Origin: Chitinophagaceae bacterium | Lineage (GTDB): Bacteria; Bacteroidota; Bacteroidia; Chitinophagales; Chitinophagaceae | Assembly: GCA_031415255.1 (NCBI GenBank) | Contig: JANORJ010000155.1 | Span: 1 to 35,644 of the forward strand | Reading direction: 5' to 3' | DNA: 35,644 nucleotides | In this document: in pieces, positions 28,235-35,644 of the stretch | How positions within the stretch are numbered: position 1 is the first letter of the stretch | Layout: every line of letters starts with the position of its first letter | Made by a program: the position numbers and the translations under genes | Notes under the pieces: model-generated | What the model was told of the DNA's origin: nothing | The model's database searches: none | What the model saw: the letters and a program-made list of their open reading frames with translations, nothing else

Positions 28235-29719
28235 GTGCTGTTAAGCGATATACTATATAAGGTTAATATCAGGTCGGTTGCCGGGAGTACAGGTGTTGAA
28301 GTGAATGATATACAAATTGATTCGAGAAAAAGTAAACCGGGAAGTGTATTTGTAGCAGTAAAAGGAATAGCGGCAGACGGTCACCAGTTCATTGAAAAAG
28401 CGATTGAAAATGGCGCAACAGTAATTGTGTATGAAAACTCACAACTCGTCCTGAGCGATAGTCGAAGGGTTCACAACTCTCAACTGACCTATGTGCAAGT
28501 AGAAAATAGTGCAGCGGCTGCAGCGTACATGGCGAATAATTTTTTCGGAAAACCATCTGAGAAAATAAAACTGGTGGGAGTAACAGGAACAAATGGAAAG
28601 ACAACTATTGCAACATTATTATACAAGCTCTTTACAAGATTGGGATATAAATGTGGATTGCTAAGCACTGTTGAAAATCAGATTGGAGACAAAGTAGTGC
28701 CTGCAACGCATACCACACCGGATGCTATTAGTCTTAACCTGTTGTTAAGCCAAATGGTTAATGAAGGATGTACACATGTGTTTATGGAAACAAGTTCACA
28801 TGCCATTCATCAGCATCGGGTAACTGGTTTGCAATATGCAGGCGGGCTTTTCAGCAACATCACACATGACCACCTGGATTATCACAAAACGTTTGATGAA
28901 TACATCCGGGTGAAGAAAGCCTTCTTTGATTCGTTGCCTTCATCAGCATTTGCCATCAGCAATGCAGATGATAAAAGAGGAACGGTGATGCTGCAGAATA
29001 CGAATGCCAAAAAGTATTACTACAGTTTGAAAACGGTGGCAGAGTTCAAAGGAAAGATTTTGGAAAACAGCTTGGGTGGTTTGATCATGACAGTGAATGA
29101 TGTGGAAGTGCATTTCAGAATGATTGGAGAATTCAATGCGTACAACCTACTGGCCGTATATGGAGCAGCAGTTTGTTTGGGAGAAGATAAACAAGAAGTG
29201 TTGACAGCATTGAGTGTGTTGACTGGAGCTGAAGGAAGATTTGATTATATGGTGTCGGCAAAAGAAAAGGTGATTGCGATTGTGGATTATGCTCACACAC
29301 CAGATGCTTTGTTGAATGTGCTGGCAACGATTAAAAAACTGAAGAAAGGATTTGAACAAGTAATAACAGTAGTTGGCTGCGGTGGTGATAGGGATAAAAC
29401 AAAAAGACCGGTAATGGCAGAAGCGGCATGTGAGTATAGCGACAAAGCAATATTTACCAGTGATAATCCAAGAAGTGAAGACCCGGCACAGATTATAAAA
29501 GATATGGAAGAAGGATTAAGTGCAGCAGCAAGAAGAAAATATATTTCAATCGTTGACAGGAAAGAAGCAATAAAGACGGCGATAAGTTTGGCAAAGCCGG
29601 AAGATATAATACTGATAGCAGGAAAAGGACATGAAAAATACCAAGAAATAAAAGGAGTGAAGAATCACTTTGATGATAAGGAATTAGTGAAAGAATTTTT
29701 TGAACTGTTAGATAAATAA
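28235..29719 (+). CDS. murE: UDP-MurNAc-tripeptide ligase (meso-DAP)
   Basis: GTNGKTT, HTTPD, DHLDYH, DYAHTPD, GGDRD, DNPR. Confidence 0.97.
   Translation: MLLSDILYKVNIRSVAGSTGVEVNDIQIDSRKSKPGSVFVAVKGIAADGHQFIEKAIENGATVIVYENSQLVLSDSRRVHNSQLTYVQVENSAAAAAYMANNFFGKPSEKIKLVGVTGTNGKTTIATLLYKLFTRLGYKCGLLSTVENQIGDKVVPATHTTPDAISLNLLLSQMVNEGCTHVFMETSSHAIHQHRVTGLQYAGGLFSNITHDHLDYHKTFDEYIRVKKAFFDSLPSSAFAISNADDKRGTVMLQNTNAKKYYYSLKTVAEFKGKILENSLGGLIMTVNDVEVHFRMIGEFNAYNLLAVYGAAVCLGEDKQEVLTALSVLTGAEGRFDYMVSAKEKVIAIVDYAHTPDALLNVLATIKKLKKGFEQVITVVGCGGDRDKTKRPVMAEAACEYSDKAIFTSDNPRSEDPAQIIKDMEEGLSAAARRKYISIVDRKEAIKTAISLAKPEDIILIAGKGHEKYQEIKGVKNHFDDKELVKEFFELLDK
28436..28487. repeat. REP-like insert within a 7-bp array inside murE
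   Basis: GTCCTGAGCGATAGTCGAAGGGT flanked by direct repeat TCACAACTC. Confidence 0.6.
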
Positions 29720-29740
29720 TAAAATAACCAACAACCAGGA

Positions 29741-31027
29741 ATGCTGTATCATTTATTTGATTGGCTTAATAGTGAAGGAATAAAATTCCCGGGGAGTCGT
29801 CTCTTTGAATTTATCACTTTCCGGTTGTTGCTGGCGGTGTTGTTGTCGTTGTTTATCACAACATTTTATGGGAAAAAATTAATTAAGTTCTTACAAAAAA
29901 AGCAGATAGGAGAAAGTATCAGAAACGAAGGGTTACCGGGGGAAGAAAAGAAAGTTGGCACACCTACGATGGGCGGTATCATTATTATTCTGGCCATCAT
30001 CATTCCAACATTGCTGCTGGCTGACTTAACCAAGATATATGTGCAGTTGATGCTGATTGCAACAGTATGGTTAGGCATCATTGGATTTATAGATGACTAT
30101 TTAAAGCTGAGAGGAAAAAGATTGGCACAGGGAAAAGGAGAGAATTATACAAAGGGAAGTAAGGATGGATTAGCAGGATGGTTCAAAATTTTGGGACAGG
30201 TTGGGTTAGGAATCACAGTTGGGGCCACACTTTATTTCAATAGTGAAGTAAAAATTTGGAGAGAGTATATTGGAGATGTGCCTCCTGCAGATAAAAGTAT
30301 TGTGCTCATTGAAAAACAGGTCAATAACAGTACAAAATATTTTGTGGAAGCAAGTACACCGACGGTAACAACTATTCCTTTTGTAAAAAATCATGAATTT
30401 AATTACCAAAAATTGTTACCGGCTTCGTGGAGAGATTATACATGGGTTCTTTACATATTGGTTGTGATTTTTATTATCACTGCTGTATCAAACGGTTCCA
30501 ACCTCACGGATGGACTGGATGGATTGGCAACAGGAACATCAGCAATAATTGGAGTGTTGCTCGGCATTTTCGCTTATGCAAGTGGTAACCTGGTGTTTGC
30601 TGATTACCTCAACATCATGTACATACCTGATTTGGGAGAGCTATCCATTTTTATTGCAGCTATGATTGGGGCTTGTATCGGGTTTTTATGGTACAACTCT
30701 TACCCGGCGCAGATTTTTATGGGTGATACGGGAAGTTTGACATTGGGAGGAATCATTGCATCGCTGGCAATTATTGTTCATAAAGAATTGTTGTTGCCGA
30801 TTTTCTGTGGTGTGTTTTTCGTGGAAACGCTAAGTGTGATGATACAGGTAGGTTATTTTAAATACACGAAAAGAAGATTTGGAGTGGGAAGAAGAGCTTT
30901 TTTAAAAGCACCGCTGCACCATCATTACCAAGTAAAAGGATTTCATGAAGTAAAGATTGTAAACAGATTTTGGATAGTGACAGTGTTGCTGGTGGTGTTG
31001 AGTATCGTTACGCTGAAGATGAGATAA
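29741..31027 (+). CDS. mraY: Phospho-N-acetylmuramoyl-pentapeptide transferase
   Basis: [34 protein letters not shown]. Confidence 0.97.
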   Translation: MLYHLFDWLNSEGIKFPGSRLFEFITFRLLLAVLLSLFITTFYGKKLIKFLQKKQIGESIRNEGLPGEEKKVGTPTMGGIIIILAIIIPTLLLADLTKIYVQLMLIATVWLGIIGFIDDYLKLRGKRLAQGKGENYTKGSKDGLAGWFKILGQVGLGITVGATLYFNSEVKIWREYIGDVPPADKSIVLIEKQVNNSTKYFVEASTPTVTTIPFVKNHEFNYQKLLPASWRDYTWVLYILVVIFIITAVSNGSNLTDGLDGLATGTSAIIGVLLGIFAYASGNLVFADYLNIMYIPDLGELSIFIAAMIGACIGFLWYNSYPAQIFMGDTGSLTLGGIIASLAIIVHKELLLPIFCGVFFVETLSVMIQVGYFKYTKRRFGVGRRAFLKAPLHHHYQVKGFHEVKIVNRFWIVTVLLVVLSIVTLKMR

Positions 31028-31181
31028 GACTAATTGCTTTTGAGAAATATAATTATTGAAAAACCCAACGTATCTGTAACCTGAAGAAAACTATTGATCT
31101 GATATTATCGAATTGATGTGCAGTTGTATCTGAAAGTCCAATACTTATGAAGAGCCGTGTTCCGTACACGGACAATTGACC

Positions 31182-32522
31182 ATGGAAAAAAGGTTTGTCA
31201 TATTGGGAGGAGGTGAAAGTGGTGTGGGTGCCGCACTGCTAGCGAAGCAACAGGGATATGATGTATTTCTTTCGGATGGAAGTTCTTTGAAAAATGAGTA
31301 TCGTAACGAGTTGAAAGTTGCCAGGATTGATTATGAAGAAGGGCAGCATACGGAATCAAAAATTCTGAATGCTGATGAAGTGATGAAAAGCCCCGGCATA
31401 CCAGAGAAAGCGGAGATAGTGAAAAAGATAAGAGCAAAAGGAATTGATATCATCAGTGAAGTAGAATTGGCTTACCGGTTTAAAGGCAACAGTAAAATTG
31501 TCGCCATCACCGGTAGTAATGGAAAAACAACAACTACCGCTTTGACCTATCATATCTGCAAAACAGCTGGTCTTGATTGTGCAATGGTTGGCAATATTGG
31601 CGATTCATTTGCCAAGCAGGTTGCTAATGACCCCAAGCCATTATATATAGTTGAGATAAGCAGTTTTCAGTTAGATGATATAAAAACTTTCAGACCCGAC
31701 ATTGCTGTGCTGGTAAATATTACAGAAGATCACTTAGACCGTTACGACTACAAATTTGAAAATTATATCAACAGTAAATTTCGTATCGTAATGAATCAGC
31801 AGTCAGATGACTATTTCATCTACTGCGCCGACGATGAAGTAACCATGAAATATCTAAACCAATTCAATATTCAATCTAACCAACTGCCAATAAGTATGAA
31901 AAGAGAACTACCAAACGGAGCATTTATAAAAGACGGGGATATGTACGTAAGAACAGGACAGGATTTTACAAACATGAGTGTATTTGATTTTGCCTTAAAA
32001 GGAAAGCACAATCAATACAATACAATGGCAGCCTGTGTAGCAGCTACTACATTAGATATCCGGAAAGATAAAATCAGGGAAGCCGTACAGGATTTTCAGG
32101 GATTGGAGCATCGCATGGAGCATGTTGCCACAATCCGTGGTGTGGAGTTTATTAATGACAGCAAAGCTACCAATGTAAACTCTACCTGGTATGCATTGGA
32201 AAGTATGACAAAGCCAACGGTTTTAATATTAGGCGGTGTAGATAAAGGAAATGATTATTCACTGATTGCTGAATTAGTGAAAGAAAAAGTAAAAGCAATT
32301 ATTTGCCTTGGAACGGAGAACAGGAAAATTCATGAGGCTTTTGGTAATTCAATGAGCACTATTGTCAATACATCAACAGCAGCAGAAGCGGTACATGCAG
32401 CTTTTCATTTTGCTGGTAAAGGTGATGTGGTGTTATTGAGCCCCGCCTGTGCCAGTTTTGATTTATTTAAAAACTATGAAGACCGTGGCAATCAGTTTAA
32501 ACAAGTTGTGAAAGATTTATAA
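31182..32522 (+). CDS. murD: UDP-MurNAc-L-Ala:D-Glu ligase
   Basis: GGGESG, KSPGIP, GSNGKTT, EISSFQL, DHLDRY, NDSKATN, SPACASFD. Confidence 0.97.
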   Translation: MEKRFVILGGGESGVGAALLAKQQGYDVFLSDGSSLKNEYRNELKVARIDYEEGQHTESKILNADEVMKSPGIPEKAEIVKKIRAKGIDIISEVELAYRFKGNSKIVAITGSNGKTTTTALTYHICKTAGLDCAMVGNIGDSFAKQVANDPKPLYIVEISSFQLDDIKTFRPDIAVLVNITEDHLDRYDYKFENYINSKFRIVMNQQSDDYFIYCADDEVTMKYLNQFNIQSNQLPISMKRELPNGAFIKDGDMYVRTGQDFTNMSVFDFALKGKHNQYNTMAACVAATTLDIRKDKIREAVQDFQGLEHRMEHVATIRGVEFINDSKATNVNSTWYALESMTKPTVLILGGVDKGNDYSLIAELVKEKVKAIICLGTENRKIHEAFGNSMSTIVNTSTAAEAVHAAFHFAGKGDVVLLSPACASFDLFKNYEDRGNQFKQVVKDL

Positions 32523-32525
32523 TTA

Positions 32526-33797
32526 ATGGAGGCAACAAAAGAAATACGATTTAATGAGCTGAAGAATACCTTCAACACCAATAACCTGCTTAGCAAAACA
32601 AAAGGAGATAAGGTTATTTGGGCATTGGTAGTATTGCTAACGTTAGTTTCATTACTGGCGGTGTACAGTGCTACTGGTTCATTAGCCTATAAAAATTATA
32701 GGGGTAATACAGAAATATACCTGTTCAAGCAGATTGCCTTTATTATGGCGGGCATTATGGTAATTTATTTTGCTCATCTTGTTAATTACACATTCTATTC
32801 AAAAGCAGCAAAGATTGCATTCCTTATTTCATTGCCGCTATTGTTTTATACATTATTCTTTGGAGTAAAGATGAATGAAGGGAGCCGCTGGATTCGTTTG
32901 CCACTTATTAACATGACCATGCAAACATCCGACTTTGCACGACTGGCTTTGTTCATGTACCTCGCAAGATTAATAAGTAAAAAGCAGGACGTAATTAAGG
33001 ATTTTAAAAAAGGATATTTGCCAATCATTGCTCCTGTAGCTATTACTTGTGCATTGATTGCACCAGCTAATCTTTCTACAGCATTATTACTCGGCGCCAG
33101 TTGTTTGCTGCTTATGTTTATTGGTCGAGTAAGCACCAAGCATATTTTGATGACAATAGGTGTTGCATTAATCCCAATCATATTTCTTATTTCAGCAGCC
33201 GTACTTCGGCATGGTAAAGTAAAAAATGAGGATGCTATTGTTGCTACCACCAAATCTTCTTCCACTTTGTTTGGTCGTGTGGATACCTGGATTGGCCGGA
33301 TGGAAAGTTTTATTTACGGTAGCAAGGATGACATTAATAACGATGCTTATCAGGTAAACCAAGCAAAGATTGCAATTGCAAAAGGTGGTGTGTTTGGTGT
33401 GGGACCGGGCAACAGTACAACAAGAGATTATCTGCCGCAAGCATACAATGATTTTATTTATGCTATTATAATTGAAGAATATGGATTAATGGGCGGCGCA
33501 TTTATCATGTTTATCTATCTAGTGTTTTTATACCGGTGTATCAGGATTTATAAACGATGCCCTTATGCTTTCGGTGCATTCCTCGCCTTGGGATTAAGTT
33601 TTACACTGGCCATACAAGCCGTAGCGAATATGGCTGTAACCGTAAATCTTTTTCCTGTAACAGGAGTAACGCTGCCATTAGTAAGCATGGGAGGAACGAG
33701 TTTCATCTTTACCTGTTTGGCAATTGGTATAATATTAAGTGTGTCGAGAAATGTAGAGCAACAAGAAGGGACCGTGGCAATAGGAGAAGTAAAATAA
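32526..33797 (+). CDS. ftsW: SEDS peptidoglycan polymerase FtsW
   Basis: Multi-TM, RWI, YQ..QA, G.GPG.S, DFI, EEYG, P.TG.TLPLVS.GGTS. Confidence 0.95.
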   Translation: MEATKEIRFNELKNTFNTNNLLSKTKGDKVIWALVVLLTLVSLLAVYSATGSLAYKNYRGNTEIYLFKQIAFIMAGIMVIYFAHLVNYTFYSKAAKIAFLISLPLLFYTLFFGVKMNEGSRWIRLPLINMTMQTSDFARLALFMYLARLISKKQDVIKDFKKGYLPIIAPVAITCALIAPANLSTALLLGASCLLLMFIGRVSTKHILMTIGVALIPIIFLISAAVLRHGKVKNEDAIVATTKSSSTLFGRVDTWIGRMESFIYGSKDDINNDAYQVNQAKIAIAKGGVFGVGPGNSTTRDYLPQAYNDFIYAIIIEEYGLMGGAFIMFIYLVFLYRCIRIYKRCPYAFGAFLALGLSFTLAIQAVANMAVTVNLFPVTGVTLPLVSMGGTSFIFTCLAIGIILSVSRNVEQQEGTVAIGEVK

Positions 33798-33802
33798 GTG
33801 GC

Positions 33803-34891
33803 ATGGGTAAAAGAGTGATAATAGCAGGTGGCGGAACAGGCGGACATATTTTTCCGGCAATTGCAATTGCTAATGCGTTAAAAAAAATAGATAGTAGTAT
33901 AGAAATATTATTTATCGGGGCTAAAGGAAGAATGGAGATGGAGAAAATACCACAGGCAGGTTATAAAATTGAAGGATTAGATATTGCAGGATTCAACAGA
34001 AGCTCTTTGATAAAAAATATTGGATTGCCTTTTATGTTGCTGAAAAGTTTTTTGCAGGTGCGAACCATCTTCAAAAAATTTAACCCAGATGCAGCAATCG
34101 GAGTTGGTGGTTATTCCAGCTTTCCGGTATTATGGTTTGCACAGGCAAGAGGAATTAAATCCTTCATTCATGAGTCAAACTCTTTTGCTGGCAAATCGAA
34201 TATGATGCTTGGCAAAAAAGCAACAACGGTTTTTACCGGCACCGATGGAATGGAGAAATTTTTTCCGAAAGAAAAAATTATAGTAACAGGCAACCCAGTT
34301 AGAAATTCTATTTCAGATGCAACAATAACTAGAAGCGAAGGAATTAAATTCTTTTCATTGACTGAAGAAAAGAAAACAATTCTGTTTGTTGGAGGAAGCC
34401 TCGGAGCAAAATCTATAAATGAAGCAGTGTATACCGGATTAGATAAACTGTTGGAGGCAGGCTTACAGGTTATTTGGCAAACAGGCAAACCCTATGCAGA
34501 GAAGGCAAAAGAGAGAACGGAAGGAAAAGCAGGTGTTTGGACAAATGACTTTATTACAAAAATGGAAAATGCGTATGCCGCAGCAGATGTAGTGGTGGCC
34601 CGTTCGGGTGCGATGACGGTAGCGGAATTGTGTGCGGCTAAAAAACCTGTTTTGTTTGTGCCTTATCCATTTGCAGCAGAAGACCATCAAACAGTAAATG
34701 CTATGCAGCTGATAAATAAAAATGCAGCGTTGATGGTGAAAGATAATGAAGTGATGCAAAAGCTGGTATTTATGGCAAGTGAATTATCGTTTGATACGGC
34801 GAAGCAAGAAGAGTTGAAAACAAATATTGCTCTGTTAGGAATAACGGATGCTGACGAAAGAATAGCAGAAGAAATTTTGAAAGTGATTTAA
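33803..34891 (+). CDS. murG: Lipid II GlcNAc transferase
   Basis: GGGTGGHIFP, GVGGY, HESN, GNPVR, GGSLGA, RSGA.T..E, DHQ..NA; real ATG at 33803. Confidence 0.97.
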   Translation: MGKRVIIAGGGTGGHIFPAIAIANALKKIDSSIEILFIGAKGRMEMEKIPQAGYKIEGLDIAGFNRSSLIKNIGLPFMLLKSFLQVRTIFKKFNPDAAIGVGGYSSFPVLWFAQARGIKSFIHESNSFAGKSNMMLGKKATTVFTGTDGMEKFFPKEKIIVTGNPVRNSISDATITRSEGIKFFSLTEEKKTILFVGGSLGAKSINEAVYTGLDKLLEAGLQVIWQTGKPYAEKAKERTEGKAGVWTNDFITKMENAYAAADVVVARSGAMTVAELCAAKKPVLFVPYPFAAEDHQTVNAMQLINKNAALMVKDNEVMQKLVFMASELSFDTAKQEELKTNIALLGITDADERIAEEILKVI

Positions 34892-34897
34892 GAAATA

Positions 34898-35548
34898 ATG
34901 AACGTACAACCTAATACTGTCCTTATGAATACCCCCTTTCGGGGGATTGACAAGATGAATGAAGTGTATTTTATCGGTATCGGTGGTATCGGTATGAGTG
35001 CAATCGCCAGGTTTTTTCATACTGGTGGAGTAAAAGTGAGTGGGTATGATAAAACACCAACTGTACTAACAAAAGAACTGGAAGCAAGCGGCATCGCTGT
35101 TCATTACGAAGAGAATGTTGAATTGATTCCGAAAAAAGTTGACCTGGTAGTTTATACACCGGCTGTGCCAACAGAACACAAAGAGTTAGTTTATTATAGG
35201 GAGAACGGTTATAAAGTGGTAAAGAGAAGTGATGTATTGCAAATAATAAGTGAAAGTTCTTTTAATATTTGTATTGCAGGAACACATGGCAAAACAACCA
35301 TCACTACCATGGTGGCGCATTTGCTCCGTGACAGTGGATTTGGATGTAATGCTTTTCTTGGTGGCATTGCCGTGAACTACGGAACAAATTTCTGGAGTAG
35401 TGAAAAAAATGTTTGTGTGATAGAAGCCGATGAGTACGATAGAAGTTTTTTGAAACTAAGTCCGGATGTGGCCATCATTACCGCAATGGACGCTGACCAC
35501 TTGGATATATATGGTACAGCAGCAGCAATGGAACAAGCTTTACCATAG
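34898..35548 (+). CDS. murC: UDP-MurNAc:L-Ala ligase, truncated at about half length
   Basis: GIGGIGMS, GTHGKTT, EADEYD, DHLDIY; similarity ends at 35541. Alternative start at 34955. Confidence 0.9.
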   Translation: MNVQPNTVLMNTPFRGIDKMNEVYFIGIGGIGMSAIARFFHTGGVKVSGYDKTPTVLTKELEASGIAVHYEENVELIPKKVDLVVYTPAVPTEHKELVYYRENGYKVVKRSDVLQIISESSFNICIAGTHGKTTITTMVAHLLRDSGFGCNAFLGGIAVNYGTNFWSSEKNVCVIEADEYDRSFLKLSPDVAIITAMDADHLDIYGTAAAMEQALP

Positions 35549-35644
35549 CGGGTAATGTGCCGCCAAAAAATAGTGCTACGGGTGCTGCTTATAATTTTTT
35601 ACATGCTATAAATTACGATGGTATTATTTACTATCGCATAAAAA
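35521..35644 (+). other. Fragment of an unrelated T9SS-cargo Ig-like domain joined to murC
   Basis: Alternate frame reads SSNGTSFTIAGNVPPKNSATGAAYNFLHAINYDGIIYYRIK, open to the window end. Confidence 0.7.

Noticed and set aside
29719-29741. murF absent from the dcw cluster
   Set aside because: Usual in Bacteroidota, where murF lies elsewhere.
31154-31170. Small hairpin CCGTGT/ACACGG upstream of murD
   Set aside because: Only 6 bp and no U tract; too weak to call.
33557-33802. N-terminal extension of MurG
   Set aside because: It overlaps ftsW out of frame; the canonical MurG start is at 33803.

Overview
A roughly 38% GC (by eye) Bacteroidota chromosomal segment, most like Chitinophagaceae (TAnnTTTG promoters, T9SS genes, separate atpDC, dcw cluster without murF). 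It is probably a metagenomic contig. Most genes are housekeeping: 2-oxoacid dehydrogenase E1, porT, ubiE/menG, engB, PDH E2, dnaX, atpD/atpC, queA and mraZ-rsmH-ftsL-ftsI-murE-mraY-murD-ftsW-murG-murC. The most interesting items are: (1) a predicted lipoprotein dikinase with the His-domain-before-ATP-grasp order of plant glucan water dikinases; (2) an A9 slippery run in dnaX placed where a gamma subunit would end; (3) a phased DnaA-box cluster (candidate oriC) beside MraZ boxes; (4) palindromic REP-like elements and 7/8-bp tandem arrays inside housekeeping reading frames and spacers; (5) a T9SS metzincin with a possible separately encoded pro-domain and a repeated upstream motif; (6) a sensor kinase broken by one in-frame TAA; (7) an apparent chimeric junction that truncates murC at the right end. 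All family calls are by motif recognition; no searches were run.
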